Source of the DNA: Squalus acanthias
Lineage: Eukaryota
Direction of reading: 5' to 3'
DNA: 64,000 nucleotides
NCBI GenBank assembly: GCA_030390025.1
Contig: CM059431.1
Span: 114,516,001-114,580,000 of the forward strand
A program made the position numbers and the translations under genes. Below the pieces are notes generated by a model, which worked only from the letters and a program-made list of their open reading frames with translations, had not been told where the DNA came from and searched no databases. Positions 1 to 12,741 of this stretch are shown here, in pieces (the first letter of the stretch is position 1; each line of letters opens with the position of its first letter).

Positions 1-1213
1 TGTGGATGGACCCAGAGGCAGAGGGTCGACATGCAGCTGAGCCGAGCTGGCAGAGTCCTGTGCCCTCCGGCTAGGACTCTCCACTGCTGTCCCTGTCTCC
101 ACCATCTGCTGATGCTCACTTGTGAGCTGTGATACACCAGGTGACAACACTACTCTATGTCCCGAGGGTCCCACCGAGGTGTGAGTCTCTGCACTGGTGC
201 TGGGTGCGCTGAATTCTGCTGACGGAGCGCCCTCAGAGGTTGCAGCTTCCTCTGAGGAGTCTGGATGCTCAGGCTCTTCCTCCTGGCTAGTGGAGACGGG
301 TGCTTGCGATGGTCCTGTGGGGGAGTAAAGGAAAGAGTCAGAGATATGATGCCAAGGTTACATGCACATTGCATATTGCAGATGATCATAAATCCATCTG
401 TTAGAGCTTCAGATTCATTATCAGCGACTCATGCAATGTCAATGAGAGAGATGGAACACTATTCTGTCACCAGCTTGCTGTGATGCACCCGTCGGTCCGT
501 CCCCCACTTGCGTATCCTCCTCCACTCCTACGATCTCCAGGACCGCATCCTCCCAGGGAGTGAGCTGGGCTAATGAAGGTGGCCCTCCTCCTGTCCTGGC
601 TCTTTCCGTTTTATTGTGAGCTCTCTTTTCCTGCAATGAGGGAGACAAGTGGAGTTTGAGTGAGATTGAAGGAGTGAGTGTAGAGAATCCATAGCATAGA
701 TGCTTAGAAGGAGACAAAGATGGAGTGAGGTGGCAAGACCAAGGGCCCTCCCTGTGTGTTGTAAGTTGTTTTCATAGCATGACAGTGATAGGGAGTGTGA
801 GGGCTGCATAGTCGAATAGTAAGGTGAATGTGACCATAGAGGGAGAGGGAATGGGTAAGGGTGCATGGATGTCAGTGTCAAGTGGGATATGGAGGAAGAG
901 GTTGCTAAAGCTGAGTGCTGGTGAGGAGAGGCAATGGGGATCAGATTGAGGGTGAAGGGAAAGTCATACTCACTTTTGCAGTGCGTAGAAGGTCATGAAA
1001 CCTCTTCCTGCACTGAAGCCAGGTTCTGCGGGTTATGGACAAAGAGTTGACCTCCTGGGCGACCTGGACCCACACAGCCTTGGTCTGCTGGGGAGGCTTC
1101 TTCCTCCCTGAGGAAGGGAAGAGCACCTCTTTGTTGGCTCTTGCTCCCTCCACTAAAGCTTGCAGGGCAACGTCATCGAACCTGGGAGCAGACCTGGGTC
1201 TTTGGCTGGCCAT
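1..1213 (-). CDS. Spliced Myb/SANT-like DNA-binding protein of a PIF/Harbinger transposon (exon1 1213-974, exon2 630-471, exon3 314 to window edge; 3' partial)
   Basis: Exon1 MASQRPRSAPRFDDVALQALVEG...WVQVAQEVNSLSITRRTWLQCRKRFHDLLRTAK ends at donor GTGAGT; exon2 EKRAHNKTERARTGGGPP...LTPWEDAVLEIVG follows TTGCAG and ends at GTGACA; exon3 follows CCACAG. Phases 0 and 1 join with no stop to position 1. Confidence 0.85.
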
Positions 1214-1493
1214 TCCTCCTGCAGTTGCCTCTAAGATACAAGTCCAAAAGGTTGGCAGTCTGCAGAAGAAGCAAGGCTTGTTGCAGACCTTAAATGCAGC
1301 AGCAATGATGATGTCATCAGAGGCGACTTTCAGACTGGAATAACTCATTGGCCATGGGTTCCCACACGTTGGAACTCAATTGGCCAATTAAGTTAAAATC
1401 GCATCATTCTCCCACATCGATCTAGATTCGGGTGGGCAACACGAAAAGCGGATAACACGACCCCAACCCACCCTTAGTATCAAAATCCAGCCC
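1..1493 (-). mobile_element. PIF/Harbinger DNA transposon, one end, inserted into a CR1
   Basis: Contains the Myb-like gene; terminal AAAATCCAGCCC at 1482-1493 resembles other Harbinger-type ends here; CR1 coding sequence (YGILGFINRGI) stops abruptly at this point. Confidence 0.7.
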
Positions 1494-2292
1494 TATACCT
1501 CTATTTATGAAGCCCAGGATCCCGTAAGCCTTTTTAACCACTTTCTCAACCTGCCCTGCCACCTTCAATGATTTGTACACACATATCCCTAGGTGTCTCT
1601 GTTCGTGCACCCCCTTTAGGGTTGTACCATTTAGTTTATATGTCCTCTCCTCATTATTTCTACCAAAATGTATCACTTCACACTTTTCTACGTTAAATTT
1701 CATCTGCCACGTGTCCGCCCATTTCACCAGCCTGTCTATGTCTTCCTGAAGTCTATCACTGTCCTCCTCACTGTTCATTATACTTCCAAGTTTTGTGTCA
1801 TCTGCAAATTTTGAAATTGTGCCCTGTACACCCATGTCCAAGTCATTAATATATATCAAGAAAAGCAGTGGTCCTAGAACCAACCCCTGGGAACACCTTC
1901 CTCCAGTCCGAAAAACAACCGTTCACCACTACTCTCTGTTTCCCATCCTTCCACTGTCATTTTTATTCCATGGGCTTCAACTTTGCTGGCAAGCCTATTA
2001 TGTGGCACTTTGTCGAATGCCTTTTGGAAATCCATGTACACTACGGCAGCTGCATTACCCTCATCAACCCTCTCTGTTACCTCATCAAAACACTCAATCA
2101 AGTTGGTTAAACATGATTTGCCTTTAACAAATCTGTGCTGGTTTTCCTTAATTAATTCACACCTATCCAAGTGACTGTTAATTTTGTCCCTGATTACTGT
2201 TTCTAAAAGCTTCCCCACTACTGAGGTTAAACTGACTGGCCTATAGTTGCTGGGCCTTTACAGCCTTTTTTGAACAATGGTGTAACATTTGC
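1494..2292 (-). mobile_element. CR1 LINE RT fragment
   Basis: GKSCLTNL, YMDFQKAFDKVPH, VLGPLLFLIYINDLD, SKFADDTKLG with frameshift. Confidence 0.95.
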
Positions 2293-2329
2293 ATATGGAG
2301 ACGGCAACAGTGGCTCCCGTTCTGGCAAT

Positions 2330-2706
2330 GACTCAATTTTGAAATTCTCATCCTTGTTTTCAAAATCCCTCCATGGCCTCGCCCCTCCCTATCTCTGTAA
2401 CCTCCTCCAGCCCTACAACCCTCCGAGATCTCTGCGCTCCTCCAAATCTGGCCTCTTGCGCATCTACTGTTTTAATCGTTCCACCATTGACGACCGTGCT
2501 TTCAGCTGCCTGAGCTCCCTCCCTAAACCTCTCTGCCTCGCTACCTCTCTCTCCTCCTTTAAGACGATCCTTAAAAGCTACCTATTTGATCAAGCTTTTG
2601 GTCACCTGTCCTAATATCTCCTTAGGTGTCAAAGTTGGTTTGATGATGCACCTGTGAAGCGCCTTGGGACATTTTACTACATTAAAGGTGCTATATAAAT
2701 ACAAGT
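2330..2706 (+). mobile_element. L2-clade LINE 3' end
   Basis: SKSLHGLAPPYLCNLLQPYNPPRSLRSS...SFKTILKSYLF, then 3' tail GTGAAGCGCCTTGGGACA...GCTATATAAAT. Confidence 0.8.
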
Positions 2707-3231
2707 CATCGATGACGATGACGACTACTTAGAGACAGCAGCCACAACAAAAAACATGCTGGATGAAAGGGCTTCATGCCCTGTACGTGTCCAATCGAGT
2801 AGAACTGGGTTAACATTTCAAGTGTTTGTCACCTGGGCAACGCTTTGTCCTTTTTCTGACCAACCAGGTTCTGACTAGATTGCAGTTGCGGTGTTAGTTA
2901 TAACTAGGCTTCCATCTGATAATCTTTTTTTTATTGTCTACTTCTCTTACAGGAAGGAAATATAAGCATTGCACTGATTGTGCCTGGCAAGGGAACAAAC
3001 AGGAGATGCCTGACAAGTAAGACTCACCTGGCAAGGCAAGATATGTCTGGGTTTAATGGCGCGCATAAGGTTAATATTATTGTTTTCACTGATTTGCTAT
3101 TTCTGTGACTGTTAATCATTTTATAAAATGGAAGCCATTTCTTATTTCCTTGCCTGGACTTTTGCAAGGTTTTAAAACCACAGAATTCCTCAGAGTAACT
3201 GATCTATTTCTACAACCAGGCCGTCATAATG

Positions 3232-5008
3232 AAACATATCCTTAGGAAGGATATACTGGCCTTGGAGGGAGCGCAGCGTAGATTTACTGGAATGATACCT
3301 GTACTCCCAGGGTTAAATTACGAGGAGAGATTACACAAACTAGGGCTGTATTCCCTGGAATTTAGAAGGTTAAGAGGTGATTTAATCGAAGTTTTCAAGA
3401 TATTAAGGGGAACTGATAAGGTAGATGGAGAGAAACTATTTCCGTAAGTTGGGGAATCTAAGACTAGGGGACATAGCCTAAAAAGTAGAGCCAGATCTTT
3501 CAGGAGTGAAGTTAGGAAACACTTCTATACACAAAGGGTGGTAGAAGCTTGAAACTCCCTTCCACAAATGGCATTTGATGCTAGATCAAATGTTAATTTT
3601 AAATCTGAGATTGATAGATTTTTGTTAACCAATCAATTATTTGAAGAGGTAACAGAGTAGACGAGGGTAATGCAGTAGATGTAATTTATCTAGATTTCCA
3701 AAAGGCCTTCGATAAGGTGCCACATAATAGACTAATGAATAAGGTTAGTGCATAAGGAGTCAGAGGACAAGTAGTAGAATGGATAGCTAGCTGGCTGCAA
3801 GACAGAGAGGAGAGATTAGGGGTATAGGGTAGGTATTCAGAGTGGCAGAAGGTGGAAAGCGGGGTCCCACAAGGATCAGTGCTGGGACCACTGTTGTTCA
3901 CAATTAATATTAACGATTTAGACTTTGGAATCAAATACACAATTTCTAGATTTGCGAATTGCACAAAATTGGGGGGTGGGTGGAATAATCAATACTGAGG
4001 AGGACTGCAACATATTACAAGAAGACCTTAATAAACATGCAGAAGGAGCATATAGTTGGCAAATGAATTTCAGCACAGATAAGTGTGAGGTATATTTTGG
4101 TAAGAGAAATAAGGAGGTCACATATTACTTGGAAAGTACAAATCTTAATGGGGTAGAGGAGCAAAGGGATCTGGGAGTACAAATACACAAATCACTAAAA
4201 AAGTAGTGACGTAAGTCAATAAGGCCATAAAAAAGCAAACTAAGCACTTGGGTTAATTTCTGGAGGGATAGAATTGAAAAGTAGTGAAGTTATGCTAAAT
4301 TTGTATTGAATCTTTTTTAGACCACACTTGGAGTACTGTGTACAATTCTGGTCGCCATATTATAAAAAGGATATAGAGGTACTGGAGAAGGTGCAAAAAC
4401 TATTTACAAGGATGATACCAGAAATGCAAGGTTACACCTATCAGGAAAGGATGAACAGGTTGGATCTCTTTTCTCTTGAAAAGAGAAGGCTGGGGGGGTG
4501 ACCTAATAGAGGTCTTTAAAATTGTGGAAGGTTTTGATTGCGTAGATACAGAGAAAGTGTTTCCACTTCTGGGGAAGAGCAAAACTAGAGGCCATCAATA
4601 TAAGATACCCACCAAGAAATCAAATAGGGAATTCAGAAGAAACTCCTTTTCCCAGAGAATGATGAGAATGTGGAACTCACTACCACAGATAGTGGTTGAG
4701 GCAAATAGTATAGATGTATTTAAGGAGAGGCTAGATAAGCAAATGAGAGAGAAGGGAAGAGAGGGTTATGCTGATAGAGTTAGATGAGGAAGGATGAGAG
4801 GAGGCTCGAGTGGTGCAGAAACGCCGGCGTGGACTGGTTGGGCCGAATGGCCTGTTCGTGTGTTGTATATTTTCTTTAATTCTATGTAAAGGTATTAAGG
4901 GATATGGTGCAAAGGTGGGTATGTGGAGTTAGGTCACAGATCAGCCATGATCTCATTGAATGGTGGAACAGCCTCGAGGGGCCAAATGGCCTACTCCTGT
5001 TCCTATGT
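3232..5008 (+). mobile_element. CR1 3' fragment (3232-3630 plus 4888-5008) split by a second CR1
   Basis: LRKDILALEGAQRRFT...LEFRRLRGDLIEVFK; TTGTTAACC|AAAGGTATT is contiguous in the sister copy at 43134-43151. Confidence 0.85.
3633..4887 (+). mobile_element. CR1 LINE RT and 3' end (nested)
   Basis: [47 protein letters not shown] 3' motif and TTCTATG tail. Confidence 0.92.
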
Positions 5009-5999
5009 AAACTACTTCGCTGAAGTAAAATACACTACAACATGTCGTGCCTACTCTGGTAAATCACTATATAATACCACCTTGTTGCAGATGTTTGCCT
5101 GCCACTTTAATGGTGTAATCCTTATTTGTTTGTGTCACACAAATTGTACCTGTAACTTTACAACATTGGAGTTGAAATCAAGCTATGCAATATTAGTAAC
5201 AAACAATATCAGTATAAATTCCTCTGTCCACTATTTCAACAGTTTAAAATTACTGGGTTAAACCTTTCATCACAGCAGCAGACAAAGGAATTTCATAGGA
5301 GTACATTAACGTATTTATTACTAACATTGCACAGGGTGGTTTAAGTCCTAATTGTTTTGCCATTCAGTTCTGGAATTTTATTAAAAATCGCATAAAGATT
5401 GTTCATGCAAAATCTAAAGGATAGCTATGTAAGAATATCCATTATCTTGCAATAATACGCACGGAAACCACTGAATACTGGAATAAGAATCCTACTGTCA
5501 AAACACAATCAGACAGAGGCAGCTGAGTTATGTTTTAAAGTCAATGGTTTTTAAAATGAAAAATTGAAATTTGTCTTACTCACGTTAAACAACAAGGAGG
5601 TGCTGATGGTGGGAAGGGGAGTTAAAGGCTGAAACTCGACACCGAGCTTCACTTTTGTGGTTTGTGATGTCATCTGAGATACTTGATTGGGTTACAGCTA
5701 TGCACTGGTTTTCTAGGCATCCATTATTCTATATAACCGCAACACATATAATGTATTAAATGTTGGTTGATTGATTAATTAGTCAGTCACTGTCTTTCTC
5801 TCTCTCTCTCTCTCTCATTTTCAATGAAAGAAAAAACATTTAATACTACTGCTACTTAGTTTTTGTTCAATGTAGACTGAGAATGATGTGATCTTTGGGT
5901 TTCATAGAGAGCACTGTAGACTGATATCTAACCTCCCGACAATTTTGTGCCGTGCGGTTTATTCAAGTCTTGCCCGCCATCTTAAGGTGTTGAAGAGTC

Positions 6000-6230
6000 A
6001 CCTAGGGTCAGTTGGTAGCATTCTTGCCTTTGAGAAAGGACATTACGGTTTGATGTGATAAAGCACTATAAAATGCAAGTATGGGCACGTTATCCAGGTT
6101 AACACTCCAGAGCAGTATCGAAGGGTTGCTGCATTGTAGAGGTGCTGTCCTTCAGATTAATATACTAAGGTTCACCATGTTCTGAAGGCTCATGTGCAGG
6201 TTAAAGATTCCATGGCACTGAACTGAAGTA
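6000..6230 (+). mobile_element. Degenerate DeuSINE-like SINE
   Basis: GGTCAGTTGGTAGCATTCTTGCC head and GCTGCATTGTAGAGGTGCTGTCCTTCAGAT core resemble the copy at 19586. Confidence 0.55.
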
Positions 6231-6350
6231 TTGATGTTTTAATCAGTAAATAGGAAGTCATTTGTTGATGACTCCGGTAAATATTAACAGATTATACCAC
6301 AATCTAGAGCAGGTAAATTGCTGAGTTCAGCACTTGAATGGGAACACAAT

Positions 6351-6918
6351 GGGGTCGACTATGACTCCCTTCGCCTGGCGTTAGTGGGACGGTAACAGCC
6401 TCAAAAAGGAGTAGGTAGCCTTACCTCCCCGTTAAACCCAGTAATACAGCCGGCGTCATTTTAAAAGGGGCCTACCTCTGGCTATCCAAAGTGCCCGCCT
6501 GTTTCAGGTGATAGGCCACTTTTCATATGCTAATCGGGGTCCTATGACGTAAATAGGACCCCAATTGCCATTTTAGGTAGAAACTAGTTCCGGAGCCTGC
6601 GCAGTGCAATGGAAGAGAAGAGGGCCATCAAAGGTAAGCGTTGAATTTTTTTTATGGGCCTGGAGGAGCAGGAGTGCACCTCTGAGGCCCACAAAAATAA
6701 TCTGGGCCGCTAAAACCCCACCCCGGGGCCCCCACCCTCCGTGATTTACCTTCCTGGCGGCAACTCCGGTCCATTTTCCTTTGCCAAACCTGGCGAGCTG
6801 TGTCGGGACCCTGCAGCTCACCTGGCCAATATAAATGAGGCCGAAGCCTCAAAATCACAGGGGCGGGGGGCATCTTGACTGCCGGAATGGGCGGCGACCA
6901 AAAGTCAAAATAGACCCC
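6351..6918. mobile_element. Non-autonomous Harbinger-type DNA transposon
   Basis: Imperfect TIR GGGGTCGACTATGACT / AGTCAAAATAGACCCC (13/16), 3-bp TSD AAT at 6348-6350 and 6919-6921. Confidence 0.75.
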
Positions 6919-7105
6919 AATGTTTTTCTATAAAAAATGATTACCTCCAATACTTACCTCAGTGCATTACTTGTAATGAACTTGCGAATGCTTTTGTAAA
7001 TAACACATGTACAGATTTTCAAAAACTAACATCTGAGGAAGATAAGAGTTTCAATTTGAGAGGAAGGAAAAGTATTAATTCATCCTCATTGCTCATGGAT
7101 ACACA

Positions 7106-7282
7106 GGCCCCGAAATGCCACAGGGATCCTCACAATCTCTTGTCATAGCCTCTGTGGGAGAACGGCACAACCACCAGAAAGGTGCCATCGATTACTCTTT
7201 ATAGCGTTTCTCTAGTGTTGTACTGGTCTCCAGCTGAAGTTACGATGGGAAACAGGGAAAACCATTATGGAAATTCAGGGGC
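7106..7282. mobile_element. Short MITE-like element
   Basis: Imperfect inverted ends GGCCCCGAAATGCCA / TGGAAATTCAGGGGC; similar left end near 27757. Confidence 0.4.
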
Positions 7283-7837
7283 ATAGAGATTTGAAAACCA
7301 ATGTCATGTGGTTTTTCTGGCTGTGACCTATAGTATTTGTGTTTAGTGAAATATTTAAAGGTTCATCAGCTGTTTAATTCAACTGCTTAACATACTTAAA
7401 ATACTTTAAAAAATTAGGTCCCATAATCACGGATGGTGTGGAATAGACAGCATTCAAACTTCGCTGACACTTTGTACATGTATGATTACACCATGCAGGT
7501 TTTGGAAATAGTGCTGTACCTGCTCTCATTTTGGCAGCTTTTGTCACGAGCAGCATCAATGTAGGAGGCCTGCCACCTTTTGGCCATTAAGCAGATGGCA
7601 GCTTTTTTGACCAGTATACAAAAATGAAGCCTTTTTTTTATTTCGACAGACTTTTAATATAGTAATTTGTGCCGATTTGGGTGGTATGGATTACAGGGAA
7701 AGCTAGAGAGAGTTTAAAAAAAATAATAACTTGCACCTCTGCCCTTGAGAGGGGTAGAGGTTTTCAGGCTGAGAAAGGTAGTCCTTCTTACTCAGTTGCG
7801 GTAATATGGCTCTGTCGGCTCTGATTCAGGATGCACC

Positions 7838-8055
7838 AACAACAACATGCATTTATATAGCATCTTTCACATAGTAAAACGTCCCAAGCGGCTTCACAGG
7901 AGCGTTATCCAAAAAAAAATTTGACACCGAGCCACATATTAAGACAGGTGACCAAAAGCTCGGTCAAAGAGGTAGGTTTTAAGGAGCGTCTTAAAGGAGG
8001 AGAGAGAGGTAGAGAGGCGGAGAGGTTTAGGGGGGGAATTCCAGAGCTAAGGGCA
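7838..8055 (-). mobile_element. L2 LINE 3' end
   Basis: (AAC)n tail and reverse complement of the 2500-2700 sequence. Confidence 0.8.
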
Positions 8056-9401
8056 GAATATTCACAAAGCTCTCTTGCATGTTGCAATGGATACTAATTT
8101 CACACTGAGTAGTGTATACCGTATCGATCCTCGAGGGCTTATAATGTCACCTTTACTTGAATAAGTTCATGATATCAGGCACACTCCCAAGAGCTAGAAT
8201 GGCAATGGTCTAGAAATTCAATGACGCAGTGCCCGTGTTTAGTAGCAAACTGGGCACCTAAGTATCCAGTATGGCAGGCAGCAACAATATTGTATCGGGA
8301 TGCTCTGTAGACGTCTAGGGTGCACGTCAGCACTATTTTAAATGATGAATAAAATAATCAAGCGAAGGTCCTATGCTTGTTGTAGAACACTTTTTTTGAT
8401 ATTGGTCTGCCCCGTGCCGGACTCGCAACTCGTGGCGCTAACAGGCAGGTAGGATCCTTCAACAGCGCTATGTAAAGGGCTCATCCACCACATACACGTT
8501 AGTTGCTGGTTTGTCATTTGAGGCTGTTGGTCAACTTCTGAGCATTTTTCTGGCCGGTTTTCTGACTTATAAAAGTCAATTGTGACTGCTGAGAAGATTT
8601 TGCTGGTGCTGCACTGTTTTTGGCTGCCTTCTAAACAGTTTTACATGCTAAACATGGGCGGTCTGATAGAGCTGCCTTTAGAGCTGAAGGAGGAGGGCGA
8701 GCAGCAAGGAAGACAGGAGCGAGCAGGAGCAGCTGGGAGAAGAGGGAGGAGGTGGGCACTGCACAGGAGGCCATACTCACAGCGGGTCTTCAGGGAGTAC
8801 TTCTCCTGCATGAATTTCTTGGAGAAGCAGTGTCTCAGGTGCCTCCGCCTCACAAAGGAGGCTGTCACCTGCTGCAGCCACAACTCGAGCATCGCACCAG
8901 GGCATGGGCAGCACGGCCTGTGGCTGTCAAGGTCACCATAGCCCTTAACTTTATGCATCAGGCTCCTTCCAGGCTGCAGCAGGTGACATCAGTGACACCT
9001 CTCAGTTTACAGTCTACCGTTATATCAGGGAGGTCACCAAAGCTCTCTACACCAGGAGGAACACTTACATATCTTTCCCCATGGACAGAGTGTAGCAGAA
9101 TGAGCAAGCACTAAGCTTCGCCCGCATTGCAGGCTTCCGAGGGTGCAAGGTGCTATAGTCTATGCTCACATTGCCTTGTGGCTCCCCATCACCATCCTGG
9201 CATCTTTCTCAATAGAAAGTGATTCCACTCCTTCAAAGTCCAGCTTGTTTGCGACCACAGGCAGCGTAAGATGAAGGTCTGTACCTGGTTTCCTGGCAGC
9301 AATCATGACTCATTTATCCTGCGCCAGTCCTCTGTGCCGCAGGGACTTGCCTCATGACTCCTGTCAGGCACAGCTGCAGAGCTGGCCTACAACGAGAGCC
9401 A

Positions 9402-10097
9402 AAGGGGGTGCAAGAACAGAGAGACCTGGGGTGTTTGTGCACAAATCTTTGAAGGTGGCAGAACATATGGGAACCTGGGCTTTGTAAAGAGAGGCATAGA
9501 GTACAAAAGCCAGGAAGTTGTGCTAAACCTTTACAAAACACTAGTTCGGCCCCAGCTGGAGTATTGTGTCCAATTCTGGGCACCACACTTTAGGAAGGAC
9601 GTGAAGGCTTTGGAGAGGATACAGAAGAGATTTACAAGAATGGTTCCAGGGATGAGGGAATATATTTACGTGAAGAGACTAGAGAAGCTGGGGTTGTTCT
9701 CCTTAGAGCAGAGAAGGCTAAGAGGAGATTTGATAGAGGTGTTTAAAATCATGAAGGATTTAGATAGAGTAAATAAAGAGAAACTGTTTCCAATGACTGA
9801 AGGGTCAATAACCAGAGGGCACAGATTTAAGGTGATTGGCAAAAGAACCAGAGGCGACATGAGGGAAAACTTTTTTTACGCAACGAGTGATTAGAATTTG
9901 GAATGCACTGCCTGATAAGGTGGTGAATACGTAACCTTCAAAAGGGAATTGGATAAATATTTGAAGGAGAAAAAATTGCAGGGATATGGGGAAAGAGCGG
10001 GGGAGTGGGGCTAACTGGATTGCTCTTTGAAAGAGCAGACTTGATGGACCAAATGGCCTCCTTCTGTGCTGCACTATTTTATGATTTTATGATTCTA
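9402..10097 (+). mobile_element. CR1 3' fragment
   Basis: LYKTLVRPQLEYCVQFWAPHFRKDV...RRLRGDLIEVFK; TTTTATGA/TTCTATG tail. Confidence 0.95.
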
Positions 10098-10140
10098 TGC
10101 TGCCACCAGAAATGTCATCGAGCAGACAGTCGGCAAGCAC

Positions 10141-11402
10141 AACATAAGAACATAAGAAATCGGAGCAGGAGTAGGCCATACGGCCACTCGAGCCTGCTCC
10201 GCCATTCTACACGATCATGGCTGACCTTCTACATCAGCTCCAGTTTCCCGCCCTATCCTCATATCCCTTGATTCCCATAGTGCCCAAAAATCTATCGATC
10301 TCTGTCTTGAATATACTCATCGACTGAGCATCCAAAGATTCATAACTCTCTGAAAGAAGAGATTTCTCCTCATCTCAGTTCTAAATGGCTGACCCCTTAT
10401 CCTGAGACTATGACCCCTGGTTCTAGACTCTCCAGCCAGGGGAAACAATCTCTCAGCATCTACTCTGTCAATCACCCTCAGAATCTTATATGTTTCAATG
10501 AGATCACCTCTCATTCTTCTAAACTCCAGAGAGTATAGGCCCATGCTACTCAATCTCTCCTCATAGGACAGCCCTCTCATCCCAGGAATCAATCTAGTGA
10601 ACCTTCGTTGCACCCACTCTAAGGCACGTATATCCTTCCTTAGGCAAGGAGACCAAAACTCCAGGTGTGGTCTCACCAAAGCCCTATATAATTGCACCAA
10701 GACTCCAACCCCCTTGCAATAAAGGCTAACATACCATTTGCCTTCCTAATTGCTTGCTGTACCTGGATGTTAACTCTCTGTGATTTATGTTCCAAGGCCC
10801 CTAAATCCCTCTGCATACCAACATTTATCAGTCGCTCACCTTTGAAAAAGTATTCTGCTTTTCCATTCTTTCCTACCAAAGTGGATAATTTCACACTTCC
10901 CCACATTATACTCCATCTGCCACCTTCTTGCCCAATCACCTAACCGGTCTATATCTCTTTGCAGCCTCTTTGTATCCTCCTCGCAGCTTACTTTCCCACC
11001 TAGCTTTGTATCATCAGCAAACTTGGATACATTACACTCAGTCCCCTCATCTAAGTCATTGATATAGACTGTAAATAGTTGAGGCCCAAGCACTGATCCT
11101 TGTGGTACTCCACTAGTTACACCCTGCCATCCCGAAAATAGCCTGTTTATTCCTACTCTCTGTTTTCTGTCCATGAACCAATCCTCAATCCATGCTAGTA
11201 TATTACCCCCAATCCTATGAGCCCTAATCTTGTGTAACAACCTCTTGTGTTGCACCTTATCGAATGCCTTCTGAAAATCCAAATATACTACATCCACTTG
11301 TTCCCTCTTAGCTACCCTGCTAGTTACACCCGCAAAAAACTCTAATAGATTTGTCAAACACATAAAACTGTTCATAAAACTGTGTTGACTCTGCTTAATC
11401 AT
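10141..11402 (-). mobile_element. CR1 RT and 3' end
   Basis: [43 protein letters not shown]; (CATAAGAA)n tail. Confidence 0.95.
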
Positions 11403-11704
11403 AAGCAACGCTTTCACCTCCTGGACCATTCGGAAGGAGCTTTGCAATAAAGCCCTGAGCGGGTATCCAGATTTGTGGTCATCTGATGCATACTCCATAA
11501 CTTTGCCATCATGAGGGACTAGCCCTTATCATCACCTGGGCAGCAAATACAGCAGGAGGAGGAGCAGGGAGAACCAGAGTGACATGAACCACCAGTGTGA
11601 TGCATTGATTGTAGGATAGTGAAGGAAAGCGGGGAAGGTGGGTATTATAAGTAGTGAGGCTGTTGGTGGTGAGGGTGTGAGCAGAGAATAAGAGGGGAGT
11701 ATTC

Positions 11705-11925
11705 TTATCTTGATAGCTCTGGCGAGGTCATTGAACTCCTTTCGGCATCACAGCTACGAGTTGGGAGCTAAGCTCCTGGCATTGACCTCTTCAACCTCTT
11801 CCCACTGACGGCGGAGGTGTTGCCTGGAGGGCTTTTTGCCCCTGGGGGGAGCAGGATCTCCCTTCTCCTGTCCACTGCCTATGCCGGGGCCTCCAAGGGG
11901 CCTGCCTGGACCTCTTGCAGCCATT
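11705..11925 (-). pseudogene. Harbinger Myb/SANT-like exon 1 relic
   Basis: AVDRRREILLP, GGKKPSRQHLRRQWEEVEEVNARS, CRKEFNDLARAIK with stops; parallels exon1 at 974-1213. Confidence 0.75.
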
Positions 11926-12741
11926 TTAACCCTTTGACAAACATTTCCTCCTGTTTGCAGCCAGAGTGCACCTCCCCTTTAAGAGGTGCTGGCTGCCTTT
12001 AAGTGGCGTCAGAGAGTTGTGAGTTGTGAGTTCTGTCCCTCCTTCCCAATCAGGCTGCAAGTGTAGTGCTGGCTGCATGTCTGAATCACTTTAATGTGGT
12101 CCCAGCATGAATTTAACATGAACAGGCGTGTGTAACATGCGCCGCACTGCCGCCCCCCCCCCCCCCCCCCCCAGCCCCCCATTTTCAAGCGCAATCAAAT
12201 TTCTCGGCCATCATTCCATTCAATGTGGGATTGCTCATTGGCTTTGTCAGTAATAGTTATATTTTTAGAAGAATAACATTGTAATACCATGTTTAGAAAT
12301 ATAATTGCTGTAATTTGAATAACTACGTTAATAAAGATGTATTTTTCTCTTTTTGCTTTCGAAAATGTTGCCCTCATTTAACAGATTTTGTGTGCACGAT
12401 GACGATATATCTTTATGATAATTGTATGAAAGACATCGCTTATAGAGGAAATGTTATTATACTTCACCTCGTGACGTCAAGTGCATGGTTTTCATTTTGG
12501 TTTTTCGTGGAGCTGATGTCACGGCTGAAGGCAGAACTGGGGAGCAAAATAGTAATCAGGACCTTTTCACAATCCACACATCTATTTAGTTTCCATTAAT
12601 TTAACCCTAAGTGTGACATATGTGAGTTTTCTTTTTGGAGCATGATTGAGGGCCACCAGCTAGCATCTGATCCTCTGCTGCTCTGTCAGTTTGATGCATA
12701 TATTACACGGCAGAACTTGACCTGGTCATATTTTGTTGAAA

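Larger units (their letters stand above)
8655..11520 (+). pseudogene. HARBI1-like DDE transposase pseudogene (segments 8655-9401, 10098-10140, 11403-11520)
   Basis: RRPYSQRVFRE, PVAVKVTIALNF, SGSFQ, VQGAI, VQLVCDH, FPGSNHDSFILRQS, YNESH|AATRNVIEQTVG, KQRF..LDHSEGALQ, ILHNFAIMR; stops and frameshifts. Confidence 0.88.
8207..12209. mobile_element. Degenerate PIF/Harbinger transposon (transposase +, Myb-like -) with two CR1 insertions
   Basis: Ends GGTCTAGAAATT / AATTTCTCGGCC (10/12) enclose both Harbinger gene remnants in convergent orientation. Confidence 0.75.

Noticed and set aside
2758..2795. Additional hammerhead (GGGC/GCCC hairpin after CTGGATGAAA)
   Set aside because: Lacks both CUGANGA and GAAA cores.
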